IMG/VR virus record: IMGVR_UViG_3300037420_001231
Span: 1-63,968 of that record
Length of the DNA stretch: 63,968 nt
Direction: 5' to 3' (one strand)
DNA from: a virus
Lineage: Duplodnaviria > Caudoviricetes
The first letter of the stretch is position 1; each line of letters opens with the position of its first letter. Below, in pieces: positions 35,809 to 45,733 of the stretch. Position numbers and translations under genes: made by a program. The notes under the pieces were generated by a model. The model ran no database searches and was not told the origin of the DNA. It worked only from the letters and a program-made list of their open reading frames with translations.

Positions 35809-38800
35809 TAGGCGTTGACTCCCTTGAACACGGTGAAGTTGAACACGAGCGCTTCCGAAAGCGAGCCGCCGCTCCGATTCTCAATCGTCACGGTAAACGA
35901 GCCCGCGGCCACCTTCTCAATGCGATAGCTATATGTGCCCATCGTGGCTTGGCCACTTTGGAGGTTGAGCAAGATGGTGTCCGTGGACGCCACGTTGGAG
36001 TTGTTGACTTGGAAGATGGCAGTCGCCCCGGCGGCAATCGGGTCCGCCGTGGTGGTGAACTGGCCGCACACCTTGTTGAGCGTGACGGCGGTGGTTTTGC
36101 TCGTGACTTGGGTGACCGTGCCGCCCGCGCCGGTGGCGTATCCCAGCGCGCCGCCGTTGGAGGTGAGTGCGCCTTGGAAGCGCGCGTCCTTCGTCCCGGT
36201 GGGGTTGCCCATGACGAGCGAGGCGCCGCTGTTGAAGAACGCCACGTCATAGGTGGTGCCCTTCCCTTGGAGGACGGAACCGTAAAGGCTGTTATACAGC
36301 CACTTGCCTTGGCCCGCGATTGAGCCAACTGCGGTGTTCGTGCTGCTGGACAGCGAGCCCGTGATTACGATGTTGCCCGCCGGGATTCCGCCTTGCGGGA
36401 CCGGGAAGATAACCCAAGAGGTGGTGCCCGTGTTGACGATGGCGAAATTGGTTGGTCCCGTGAACGTGCCGCCCGCATAGACGAGGTTGGCATAGGCACC
36501 GTTGATGGAGTTTGTGACCGTAAGAGTGACGGTCCCCGAGGCCGTGGCGTTGGCCGAGAGGGTGATTTGCGTTGCGCTGTCCACGGACAGAATCGTGGTG
36601 CTCGCCGGGATGCCGGTGCCCGTGATGGGCATGCCCGCGGACAGGCCAGTGGTTGACGCCATCGTGACAACGGCGGAGCCGTTGGTGGTGGTGCAACTTG
36701 CGTAAGCGGTGGTTGGCACCGTGAACGTGACGGCACCGGCAATGGTGCCGTTCGTGCCGCGCCCAACAACGATGACTTGCGCGGCGTCATAGGCATATTG
36801 AGCCTTTAGATTCGCGTCGGGCGCAACGAGCGTGAACGTGGCGGTGTCCGTGACGCTGCTGGTGTAAAACACCTTGCCGCGGAACATGCCCGGTTGATTG
36901 AAGTCCAACGCCTCGTTGGCTTGGAGCACGAAGCGCTTGGTGCGGAAGTGCAACCCTTGGGCGGCGCCGTTCGTGATGCCCGAAAGCGCTTCCGCCACAT
37001 ACGCCTCGCCGCCTGATGGGTTGGAGAGAGGCGTGCAAGTGTCAACGTCCTTGGACGCGGGCGTTGTTGCTGGCGCCGGGCCAACGAAAACGCCGGTTGC
37101 GGAAGAACTGACAATGATTTGGTTGAAGGTATTGCCTTCGCAATAGCGCATCCCAATGTGGGCGCCCCACATGACGGATGACGGCGATGCGCCAATGCGC
37201 ATGTTTGAGCCGCACGCCTCCGCGTGGACAATCCCGCCAGCGGCGCCGTAGAGGCACGAGAGTTCAAGGGCGCACCCACCGGCAACGCACGAGATTTGTT
37301 CAAATGTGTCAATGTTGCTGTCGCTGCCCCGAAGGACGAGCGCGCCGCCATAGTGATATTTCAAAGTCCCGGCGGGCAACAGCGCCGTCTTGACTTGCGG
37401 ATAGACGCGAAGAGTCTTGGTGGCCGGGTCGATATAGTTGACGAAGTGCGGCCGCCCGTTGATTTCAACGAGGATTTGGCGGTCCGGGACGTTCGCGGTG
37501 TTGGACTGAGCGTAAGCAATCGGGAGCGTGTCAACCGTGAATTGGGTATATTGCACTACGCTTCCGTAGCCGCCCGATTGGGTGGCTCCGGACCAATTTG
37601 CCGAAAGGCTCCGCGAGGCCAGTGCCGCACCCGAGCCCACGCGCTTCGTTTCAATGCGGCCCCAATGGACGCTATCGTTTGAGGACTTTTCGCTCTCAAT
37701 GGCGGCGTAGCCGAAGCCCTCAATGAACCAATGGTCAAACTTGAAGGCGCTGATGTTGTTGCCCCACACGGCGGTGTCGCACGTCCAAGCCGTATAGGCG
37801 TCGGAGGTGTAGCCGGTGCCGCGGAGGTGGAGCCTACCCGAGAACTTGCCGTTATTGGCGTCCTGAATGGTGAGCAAGCGGGAGATTGGGGCGAGCGCGG
37901 TGATGCGCGTGTTGCTCCAATCAATCTCAAGCGTGCCCACGCCAAAGGTGCCCGGGTCCAAAATGAGCCCCGACGCCACGCCGTAAAGGCCCGCGGCAAT
38001 GTGCTTGAAGTTCCGGTTTACCGCCGCGAAGGCCAGCCACGCATTGAGGGTGGCCGAATCGTCGGCAACTTCGTCGCCAACAATCGTGCCGAACATGGAC
38101 GGATGCGTGATTTTGGTGCGCCGGACCCACGCGCCCGACGCGCCGGAGGTGTCCGTGGTTGGCGCGACATAGATGCCCTTGGTGGGGTCGCTCGTAACTT
38201 GGGCGGAAAGGTTGGTCCCCGCCTTCAAATCCCACATGGAGCCGTCGAAATAGACGGTGCCGGTTGCCGTGTGCCCGGCCATTGCCGTGCGGTCCGCAAC
38301 CGTGAGCGGGAACTCCGTGACGTTGTGGGTTGCGACTGTGCCAAGGCTCAGCGCCGTAATGGCGGCCGAAATGAGCGCGCCAATCTTCGACGCCGAACGA
38401 GTCTTGGTCGCCGCCCCCGGGGCGGTGTCCGCAATCGCATCGTCAATGATGGGAACGGATGCGGCGGCCGCAATTGCGTCATCCCGCGCCGCCTCAGCCG
38501 CCGCTTGCGCGGCGGCGGCCGCCGTGGCGTTGTCCAGCACATCGGCAACCCATTGCGCTTCCGTGCCCGCGTAGCCGTTGGCAACCGCAATTTCGTAAGC
38601 GCTCCGGCCAACCATGGACACGCCCGCGGGCCAAGCGCCTCCGGCCTTCGGGCCGTAAAGCACGGGCTCCGAGGGGTTGGTGTGGTCAATGTAGAAGTCG
38701 CCATCCGCGCCAAGCGCCGCGACAGGCGCGGCGGTGCCGTTGAGGATTGTGCGGCCGTCCGCGCCGTTCGTGACGGACGGAAGCTTGCCCTTGATGTAGT

Positions 38801-38924
38801 CGGAGAGTTGGGCAAGCGTCAGCTTGCGGAGCGCGGTGGCACCTTGACCCAGCGGGAGCACGTCCGCATCGGAGGGCGGAAGCGTGGCGGGCGGGAGTTG
38901 CTGGGTCGGTTTCGTGGTCGCCAT
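35808..38924 (-). CDS. Tail fibre / tailspike receptor-binding protein
   Basis: G.DGDFYID and G.SAYEIAV.NG anchor motifs, FG.....DDS beta-helix entry, C-terminal TQ.TSKTTAVTLN domain. Confidence 0.85.
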   Translation of the reverse strand: MATTKPTQQLPPATLPPSDADVLPLGQGATALRKLTLAQLSDYIKGKLPSVTNGADGRTILNGTAAPVAALGADGDFYIDHTNPSEPVLYGPKAGGAWPAGVSMVGRSAYEIAVANGYAGTEAQWVADVLDNATAAAAAQAAAEAARDDAIAAAASVPIIDDAIADTAPGAATKTRSASKIGALISAAITALSLGTVATHNVTEFPLTVADRTAMAGHTATGTVYFDGSMWDLKAGTNLSAQVTSDPTKGIYVAPTTDTSGASGAWVRRTKITHPSMFGTIVGDEVADDSATLNAWLAFAAVNRNFKHIAAGLYGVASGLILDPGTFGVGTLEIDWSNTRITALAPISRLLTIQDANNGKFSGRLHLRGTGYTSDAYTAWTCDTAVWGNNISAFKFDHWFIEGFGYAAIESEKSSNDSVHWGRIETKRVGSGAALASRSLSANWSGATQSGGYGSVVQYTQFTVDTLPIAYAQSNTANVPDRQILVEINGRPHFVNYIDPATKTLRVYPQVKTALLPAGTLKYHYGGALVLRGSDSNIDTFEQISCVAGGCALELSCLYGAAGGIVHAEACGSNMRIGASPSSVMWGAHIGMRYCEGNTFNQIIVSSSATGVFVGPAPATTPASKDVDTCTPLSNPSGGEAYVAEALSGITNGAAQGLHFRTKRFVLQANEALDFNQPGMFRGKVFYTSSVTDTATFTLVAPDANLKAQYAYDAAQVIVVGRGTNGTIAGAVTFTVPTTAYASCTTTNGSAVVTMASTTGLSAGMPITGTGIPASTTILSVDSATQITLSANATASGTVTLTVTNSINGAYANLVYAGGTFTGPTNFAIVNTGTTSWVIFPVPQGGIPAGNIVITGSLSSSTNTAVGSIAGQGKWLYNSLYGSVLQGKGTTYDVAFFNSGASLVMGNPTGTKDARFQGALTSNGGALGYATGAGGTVTQVTSKTTAVTLNKVCGQFTTTADPIAAGATAIFQVNNSNVASTDTILLNLQSGQATMGTYSYRIEKVAAGSFTVTIENRSGGSLSEALVFNFTVFKGVNA

Positions 38925-38948
38925 GCGGCGCACGGTGCCACGGAGGCC

Positions 38949-39953
38949 CTACTCCGAAGAGTCGCTTTCGCTGTCCCCTAACGCCTCAAGCGCCACGCTC
39001 GTGCGGTAGCCGCTGGAGTCAAAAGTGTGGGTGACGGACTTGGCGTTATAGGTGCCGTCCACGTCATCATCAAAGCCGCTCAGCGTCACGAGCGATTCCG
39101 CGAAGAAGTCCGGCGTCCCGCCCATTTCAAGCGAAGAGTCGCACTTGCCCCGCTGGAAGTCGCCAAGCTGGCCTTCCGCGGCCGCCCGGGCCTCTTCCTC
39201 CGTGCGATAAATGCGCTTGTCGCGGTGCACCGGGTGACCGCTCCCGGCGGTCACCTTCCTCCGCCGTCCGCCGTCATGGTCATGCCAATAGCAAATGACG
39301 GACTTGTGCTCGCCGCGTTCGCTCTTCCGTAGCCGCCACGAAACCACATTGTCCGTGGGCTTGAGCGTGCGCTCCGTCTTGCCCTTGCCGGACGGCAACT
39401 TGGTCCCACGCTTCACGAAGATGACCTTGCCATCCGCCAGCTTGAACATGGCGCCGTTGCGCTTCGCCAGCCGCGAGAGGAAGGCGAGGTCCGACTCCCC
39501 GTGCTGGTCAATGTGCTCAACCTTCCGGCTCGCAAGGTCGCCGGTCATGACGGAACTGAGCCCGTGCGAGCCCGCGATGTTTTGCACGATGTTCCCGAGT
39601 GTGGTGTCATCCCACGGCTTATGCTTCGTTTCCTTGATTTCCGTGGTGAGTTCGGCGGACTTCGCGGACACGGTGAGGATGTTGGGCGGTCCGCTCTTCT
39701 CCCACTCATCAATGCGGAACTTGCCCATGTATTCGGGCTCGGGCTCGTATCCCATCCACACTTCCATTAGTTCGCCGGTTTTCGGCGCGGGGAAGCCGCC
39801 GCGGTTATCAATCACGAGCGTGCAAGTGTCTGACTTGATGCCCGCCTCATCGGTAACGCTGAGGGACACGAGGATGCGCCGCTTGTCCGGCGCCAAAAGC
39901 TGGGTGGTGATGTCGCGGCCGTTGATGGACACGCGCGCGGAGGGCGTGCTCAA
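38949..39953 (-). CDS. Baseplate hub, P2 late control gpD-like
   Basis: D..G.KSD, MG.F.IDE...SGPP, DQ..ESDL.FL.RLA. Confidence 0.9.
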   Translation of the reverse strand: MSTPSARVSINGRDITTQLLAPDKRRILVSLSVTDEAGIKSDTCTLVIDNRGGFPAPKTGELMEVWMGYEPEPEYMGKFRIDEWEKSGPPNILTVSAKSAELTTEIKETKHKPWDDTTLGNIVQNIAGSHGLSSVMTGDLASRKVEHIDQHGESDLAFLSRLAKRNGAMFKLADGKVIFVKRGTKLPSGKGKTERTLKPTDNVVSWRLRKSERGEHKSVICYWHDHDGGRRRKVTAGSGHPVHRDKRIYRTEEEARAAAEGQLGDFQRGKCDSSLEMGGTPDFFAESLVTLSGFDDDVDGTYNAKSVTHTFDSSGYRTSVALEALGDSESDSSE

Positions 39954-40171
39954 TCCCAAAGCCTTTGCGCGGTTTTCTTGCGGTCCGGGACCGCCGGGAC
40001 CGGGATGCGGATGACCACACCGGCCGGGAGCACGGAGCCCATGGCGGCAAGCCCCGGATTGGCGTCAAGGATGCGCTCCGTATGCGCGCGCGAAGTCCCG
40101 AAGCGCCGGAAGGCGATGGCGTCCACCATGTCACCATCCGCCGTGGTGTAGCTTTCAAACGTGTCAGCCAT
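39950..40171 (-). CDS. Tail protein X (P2 gpX, LysM-like)
   Basis: GD.VD.I....G.......DANPGLA.....LP.G..I.IP...LWD. Confidence 0.9.
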   Translation of the reverse strand: MADTFESYTTADGDMVDAIAFRRFGTSRAHTERILDANPGLAAMGSVLPAGVVIRIPVPAVPDRKKTAQRLWD

Positions 40172-41081
40172 TGGCGCGGACCTCCGCCAGCGCCGTCAAG
40201 GCCGTCACTTGGTCCGCGTCGGTCACGAGCCGGGGGATAATCGCGTCCGCGCCGATGCTGTTGATGGTGTCGAGCACCGAATCGAGCGGAACGACACCCG
40301 CCAAGCTCGCGGCGTCAATCACGCCGCCAAGGTCCGTTCCGAACGCCGAGAAGGTGGACAGCCCGGGCGAAGAAACAAGCGCCGCGAGCGCGTTGGGGAC
40401 GGCGGTGGCGGCGCGCTGCAACGAACTCACGGCGCCCTCCACGGTGCCGAGCACGGACGCCACGGTGCTGATGGCGCCGCCAAGCGCGTCGACTCCGGCG
40501 GTGGTCATGCTCATGAGGCTGCGAAGCCCGGGCATGCTCATCATCGCCTTCCCGGCCACGAGGTTGGCGGCCGCGGCCGGGTCCAGCCCGGGGATGCTTG
40601 CGATGGCATCCGAAAGCGACGGCACGGAAAGCGTGGGCAGGGTTACGCCGTCAAGATTCAGCCCCGAGCCCGCGGCCGTTGCGTCCTCACCGTAGGCTTG
40701 GAGCGTGATGTCAAACTCTTGGCTCCGCGGCATGCTGTTGGAGAAGAAAACCTTTTGGCCCTCGCGGATGTCCGTGATGACATACTTGCCCCAATTCTTC
40801 CCGGTCCCGTCAACAAGGATTAGGGGCTCGCCCTTGTCCGCCTCCGCGCGCATCGCGTCCAACTGGCCAAGCCCGCCCTTGAAGTGCGGATAAATGACGC
40901 CGGACATTTGGATGCCGTCCTCGCCGGGACCAACGAATTGGGAGGCGGGGCGCGCGCCGATGCGGTCCACCGTGGGCCAGCGCCACGAGTTGGTCCGGTT
41001 GAGTTCCTGATAGGCGGCCGTGGACAAGCCGAAGCGGTAGTCGCCCAGCGCCATCATCATCATTGAGTCCGCGCTCGCCAT
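40164..41081 (-). CDS. P2 gpU-like tail protein with long C-terminal extension
   Basis: MMALG.Y.F...AYQ.L.R...WRW, QF.GPG; Ala/Leu/Ser-rich tail. Confidence 0.85.
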   Translation of the reverse strand: MASADSMMMMALGDYRFGLSTAAYQELNRTNSWRWPTVDRIGARPASQFVGPGEDGIQMSGVIYPHFKGGLGQLDAMRAEADKGEPLILVDGTGKNWGKYVITDIREGQKVFFSNSMPRSQEFDITLQAYGEDATAAGSGLNLDGVTLPTLSVPSLSDAIASIPGLDPAAAANLVAGKAMMSMPGLRSLMSMTTAGVDALGGAISTVASVLGTVEGAVSSLQRAATAVPNALAALVSSPGLSTFSAFGTDLGGVIDAASLAGVVPLDSVLDTINSIGADAIIPRLVTDADQVTALTALAEVRANG

Positions 41082-41082
41082 G

Positions 41083-43212
41083 TCAGTCACTCAACACGGC
41101 GGCTTGTTCGTTGGCGAGGGCGTTTAGCTGGCGCCTCACCTCCAAAGCCACCGCATGCGGGTCATGGGCTCCGTGGATGTGCAACTCGCCAACAAGCGGC
41201 CCCGTCGCGCCGCGGCCGGGGCGGACGTGACGCGGGCCTCCGGCCATCGCCGCAATGTGGTGGTTGGGGATGATGCGGCCGGACGAATCCGGGGTGAACA
41301 ACTCGCGGCCGCGCTCGCCCACCAAATAGGTGCGACCGCGAACCACCGGCCCGCCGCTTGCACGCGCCCCGGCGAGGCCGCCGCGCGCCGAGTTCATGCC
41401 GACATTTGCGGACGGCACGGAGTTCTTGAGGTTGGCGATGGCGTTGGCAAACTTGCCCGCGAGCCCGAACGTGAGCGCGTTGGCGATGCTCATGCCGATG
41501 CCGCGCCAGTTGACGCTATGCACCCACGAAATGAGGGAGTTCCAGCCCCGCTTCCACGCGGCCAAGAGCGGCCCGCGGAAGTAATAGCCGAGGGCGAGCA
41601 CGGCGGCGCCGAGGATGATGCCCCAGCCGATTGGGTTGGAGATAAGCGCGAAGGCCGCGGCCAAGCCCTCCATGACCATTGGGGCCAGCGCCGCGAGGCC
41701 ACGGAGCAAGAGCGGGCCAAGCAAGCGGACGCCCGCGGCGATGCCGCGGAAGAGGTAGCCCACGAGCCCGATTTTGCGGGCGCCGGACAGGAACAAGAGT
41801 TTGAAGATGCCCGTTAGCGGGGAGAGGATGAACCGGAGCCCGATGCCAAGCACCTTGAGCCCGGCGAGGCCAGCCGAGCCCAGCAACAGCGCGCCCACGC
41901 CTTGGCCCAACATCGGGTGCTTTTGGAAGGCGCCCGCCACCATGTTGATGCCGTTGGCGATGTGCACGAGCGCGACGGCCACCGGGCTTTCGCCCTTGCT
42001 CGTGCCGAACACCGTGGACAGCAAGTTGTTCATGGCGGCCTTGTCGGCTTGCCACGCCATGAGCGGGTCCCGGCGGAGCGTGTCGCTGTAGGCTTTGTCC
42101 ACGCCCGGGACTTTGTTGATGAGCCGTTCGTCCTTGTGGAGCCGCGCCCTGTCTTGGTCATAGACAAGCACGTTGGCGAGCCGGTTGGCGTTCCGGTCGC
42201 GGAAGAGCGGCATCAGCGCCTTGGCGAGGCTCAATTGGTTGGAGGTGTCATAGCCGTGCGCGCGGAGCGCCGGGATGAGCACCGTTTCACTCCACTTGAG
42301 CGGGTCGCTAAGCGCGAGGTCCGTGCCCTTCATCGCGCCCGGCCGGAAGCCCACCGGACCCACCTTGTTATAGACCACGCCCTTGGGGTCCAAGAGGCCA
42401 AGCTTAATCCACGCCTCCGTGGACATCTTGTTCTTGGCCTTCCCGAGCAACGTGCCCATAAAGGTGTTCATCATCGTGCCCGCGCGCTCGCCGCCGAACT
42501 CTTGCACGAGCGACGGGGCAATCTTGTAAAGGTAGCGCTGGGAGAGTCCCTTGTTATACGGGTTGGCTTGCTGCGAATAGGCAAGGAACTCTTCGGGGTT
42601 GAACCGGCCGCGGGTGAAAATCATGGCCTGATAGGCGAGCGCGGACTCGCGCTGATACTTCGCGGCTTGCTGGGCCACGCCGCGCATTTCCATGGACCGG
42701 ACCATGTTGTTGAAAATGTCGCCCGGGTCCCCGGCTTTGTCGCCAAGCATGTTTTGGAGCATGCTTCCCATGCGCTGATTGAACGTGAGGTTTTCAAGCG
42801 CATGCTGGAAATTGCCGAAGGCGCCCGTGGTTTCGTTGAGCACCTTGAGATTGTCCACGAGAGTCGTGGTGGGAAGCATTTGAATGGTGCGGTTGGCGGC
42901 GCTCATCGCGTTCGCCAAGTCCTTCGTGGTGCGCCCGGCGTTCCGCAACATTTGGAGTTCGTGCGAGAGTTCGGCGCTGTCGCCAATGGCGGCCTTGGCG
43001 GAAAACATGAGTCCACCGGCGGCCGCCAGCCCCAAGAGCGGGGACGCGGCCGCCATCGTGGAGCGCCAAGTGGCCTTCATTTCGGCCGCCCGGATTTTCA
43101 TGGTCCGGGTCATGGACGCGAATTGCGCCTCCGCGCCCTTTACCGATTGGTTGAGCGAGGGGAGAAGCTTGCCGCCGATGTTGACGAAAATGTTAAGGCC
43201 GCGGGCGCTCAC
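41083..43212 (-). CDS. Tape measure protein
   Basis: Position after chaperone, helical, central hydrophobic region, RA.GGPV.....YLVGERG.ELF.P. Confidence 0.9.
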   Translation of the reverse strand: MSARGLNIFVNIGGKLLPSLNQSVKGAEAQFASMTRTMKIRAAEMKATWRSTMAAASPLLGLAAAGGLMFSAKAAIGDSAELSHELQMLRNAGRTTKDLANAMSAANRTIQMLPTTTLVDNLKVLNETTGAFGNFQHALENLTFNQRMGSMLQNMLGDKAGDPGDIFNNMVRSMEMRGVAQQAAKYQRESALAYQAMIFTRGRFNPEEFLAYSQQANPYNKGLSQRYLYKIAPSLVQEFGGERAGTMMNTFMGTLLGKAKNKMSTEAWIKLGLLDPKGVVYNKVGPVGFRPGAMKGTDLALSDPLKWSETVLIPALRAHGYDTSNQLSLAKALMPLFRDRNANRLANVLVYDQDRARLHKDERLINKVPGVDKAYSDTLRRDPLMAWQADKAAMNNLLSTVFGTSKGESPVAVALVHIANGINMVAGAFQKHPMLGQGVGALLLGSAGLAGLKVLGIGLRFILSPLTGIFKLLFLSGARKIGLVGYLFRGIAAGVRLLGPLLLRGLAALAPMVMEGLAAAFALISNPIGWGIILGAAVLALGYYFRGPLLAAWKRGWNSLISWVHSVNWRGIGMSIANALTFGLAGKFANAIANLKNSVPSANVGMNSARGGLAGARASGGPVVRGRTYLVGERGRELFTPDSSGRIIPNHHIAAMAGGPRHVRPGRGATGPLVGELHIHGAHDPHAVALEVRRQLNALANEQAAVLSD

Positions 43213-43351
43213 TTTGTTGCCTCCGAAATCCGCCGCTCAAGTTCCACGGCCGCGTCACACCAAGCTTCAAAATCGTCCAATTCCATGTCCAAGGCGGCCC
43301 GGAGAGTGATGCCGCCCTTGGTCATCCTGAGAAGCCCTAGGACGCTGACTC

Positions 43352-43636
43352 TTAACTCTCCGGAGTCGGCGCCAGCCCACGAAAAGCCGCAAGTTGTCCA
43401 TCCAGCTTTTCAAGGTCCACGGGGTCCAGTTCCAAAAGGACTTCCTGCGGTTGCTCCGTGAGGTCCACGAGCAACGCGAGGCCCTTTTCAAACTCCGTGC
43501 CCTTGGCACGGTCCGCCTTGAGTTGGTCCCGAACCTTCGGGCGGCGGATGGTGATGGTTTTGATGGTGTTGCCATCCACCTCCACCGGGAAGTCCAATTC
43601 AATGTCGGCGCTCAGCCGCTTGTCAATGTCGCTCAT
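43352..43636 (-). CDS. Tail assembly chaperone (gpE/gp41-like)
   Basis: IEL.FPV.......TIRRPKVRD, LD..D. Confidence 0.85.
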   Translation of the reverse strand: MSDIDKRLSADIELDFPVEVDGNTIKTITIRRPKVRDQLKADRAKGTEFEKGLALLVDLTEQPQEVLLELDPVDLEKLDGQLAAFRGLAPTPES

Positions 43637-43688
43637 GCTTGGCCTTTCCTTGACCGTTTGAGACTATGTGAGGATGCGGCGCCGGGGC

Positions 43689-44198
43689 TTAGAGCCCGAT
43701 GTCCGCGCGGATGCCCGCAAGCTGGTCCACGCCGCCGATGATGCGCTTCATGTTGAGAACGTCGATTTCAATGACATCCTCGCCGCCGACATTGAGCCGG
43801 TAATAGTTGAGGCAATGCTCAAACTCTTGGTCACTGGACTTGCCAGCTTCCCAATCGCCCATGCTCAGCTTGTTGAAGCGGCCGCCCATTTCCACGGTGA
43901 CCGCAACGCGCGCGCCGTCCGAGTCACGGACGAACGAACCGCGAGCCGTGACGCGCGCGGAGTTGCCGCTCGTGACGCCCACAAGCTTGAAGTTCTCCGG
44001 GTCCGGGTCCGCGAACGTATAGGTGGCCTTCATGGCGTCCATGCCCATGTCCACTTCCGTTTCGGCGTCCATGCCGCCGCCGCGGTAGCCCTCAGTTTTG
44101 AGCGCGATTTCCGGCAGCTTAAGCGTTTTCGCAACGCCCGCCATGCCGCGGCCGTTCACGATGCAATTCATGTTCTTGAGGATGCGAGGCGTTGCCAT
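43689..44198 (-). CDS. Tail tube protein (P2 FII-like)
   Basis: P..LK..N, LP......EGYRGGGM, YY.L...G...IEID..NM...I.GVD. Confidence 0.92.
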   Translation of the reverse strand: MATPRILKNMNCIVNGRGMAGVAKTLKLPEIALKTEGYRGGGMDAETEVDMGMDAMKATYTFADPDPENFKLVGVTSGNSARVTARGSFVRDSDGARVAVTVEMGGRFNKLSMGDWEAGKSSDQEFEHCLNYYRLNVGGEDVIEIDVLNMKRIIGGVDQLAGIRADIGL

Positions 44199-44212
44199 CG
44201 GTTACGGTCCCT

Positions 44213-45649
44213 TTAGCTGGCGGCGAAGAGGTTGGTGATGAAGGCGTCCGTGATGGACGAACGGAAGGTCACGCGCTCAGCCGGATAGGTGGGCGTGAAC
44301 TCATAGGAGAAGGTGGCGTGGCCGTTCGCAATCTGCTGGGCGTCGTTGAAGTCCGGGTCCACCCAGCACTTGCCGCCGACGATGGCGCCGCGGGCTTCAA
44401 GGTCGCGGAGATAGGCGTTAACCGAAGAGGTCACGTCATCGAAATAGCCGCGGGTGATGCCCTTATCGCACGCCCAGCGGTGTGCCCGCTGGATGGACAG
44501 GTCAATCATGTCCGCGGTGCGGCTCACGCAAAGGAACGCGAACATGGGGTCGCTGGACGTGGTGCGGTTGCCCCACAGCCTATAACCCTCATCGCGGATG
44601 ATGGTGGCCACCTCGTTTTCGTTGAGAAGGTTGGCGCGGGTGTTGGAATCGCCAAGTGCGAAGTCAATGGGCCGGTCCACGCCGCCGATGCCCAACAGTT
44701 CCTCGTTGGAAGGCGACTTCCAAAATCCCTGCTCCGCGTCAACGCGGGCAATGAGCCCGGCAACGCTCGCCGCCGGGTCCGCCGAAACGTAGGCGGCCGC
44801 CGTGGTGTCATAGACCTTGGCGTGCGGGTCCACGATGTAAACGCGGCGCGAGCCGTAGTCCTCGCGGTAGTCCAGCGCCGCGGCGTCCGTGGTGTTGGGT
44901 CCGCCGATGATGGCGTGCGCGCGAAGCGAAGTGGCCAGCGATTCCAGCGCTCCCGCAACCGGATTCTTGACTGAGCCGATGGTGGCGGTTGCCGTGGCGG
45001 GCGTGGTGTTCGCGCCGGTGATGACCACGTTGGGCGCGGCCGTGAGGTGCGAGCCCGGGGTGTCAATGACAATCGCCGTGACCTTGCCCGCGTCGGCGCC
45101 GGTGCCAAGAACGGCGTGCGCCGTGGGGAGCACCAAGTCCGGGTCCGCTCCGCCGCCGGTGAACGTGATGACCGGGGCCGCGGCGTAGCCCGCGCCCGTG
45201 TCCGTGACGGTGATGGAATCGACGCCGGTGGGGCGGCTTGCCGTGAACTCCGGCGCGATGAGAAGCATGGGCGTGACGCCCACGAGTGATTGAGAGTTGC
45301 GAAGCGCTTGGATGCCCGTGCGGGCACCCGTGCCCGCGTCAATGGCACCAACCACGTTGGCGAGGGTAATGTCCGCGTCCGCGTCCTCAGCAACGCGGAT
45401 GACCACCACGAACGGCGAGAACTCCGCGAAAATCTGATTGAGGGCCTTGGGCAGCGTGCCCGTGGTGCCAATGGTGCCGTAGCCGCCGCGGCTATTCACG
45501 AGCACCGGCGTGTTGAGCGGGAACGCCGCCGCGTCCGCTTCCGGCGCGGTGCCCACGATGCCGATGATGGCGGAGCGAATCGTCTGAATCGGGCGGGGTC
45601 CACCATCAACGGTGACCACCTCAACGCCATGCAAAAAGTCGGTTGCCAT
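44213..45649 (-). CDS. Tail sheath protein (P2 FI-like)
   Basis: FLHGVEV, FPLNTPVL, FW.SPSN, GYRLWGNRT, P.YPAE. Confidence 0.95.
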   Translation of the reverse strand: MATDFLHGVEVVTVDGGPRPIQTIRSAIIGIVGTAPEADAAAFPLNTPVLVNSRGGYGTIGTTGTLPKALNQIFAEFSPFVVVIRVAEDADADITLANVVGAIDAGTGARTGIQALRNSQSLVGVTPMLLIAPEFTASRPTGVDSITVTDTGAGYAAAPVITFTGGGADPDLVLPTAHAVLGTGADAGKVTAIVIDTPGSHLTAAPNVVITGANTTPATATATIGSVKNPVAGALESLATSLRAHAIIGGPNTTDAAALDYREDYGSRRVYIVDPHAKVYDTTAAAYVSADPAASVAGLIARVDAEQGFWKSPSNEELLGIGGVDRPIDFALGDSNTRANLLNENEVATIIRDEGYRLWGNRTTSSDPMFAFLCVSRTADMIDLSIQRAHRWACDKGITRGYFDDVTSSVNAYLRDLEARGAIVGGKCWVDPDFNDAQQIANGHATFSYEFTPTYPAERVTFRSSITDAFITNLFAAS

Positions 45650-45733
45650 CGGGCTAGTCCCTCGCTTCTTCGGAATAAGTTGTGGCTGACCATAACCGCG
45701 CCCGGCGGCTCACGCGGGGCGGGTTGAATGGCC

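Noticed and set aside
35808-38924. Diversity-generating retroelement or invertible fibre cassette
   Set aside because: No reverse transcriptase or invertase gene, and no template/variable repeat pair seen
41902-43461. Long plus-strand ORFs opposite structural genes (also 37731-38981, 48542-49633, 31320-32438)
   Set aside because: Antisense shadows expected from high GC3 codon bias; no motifs or RBS
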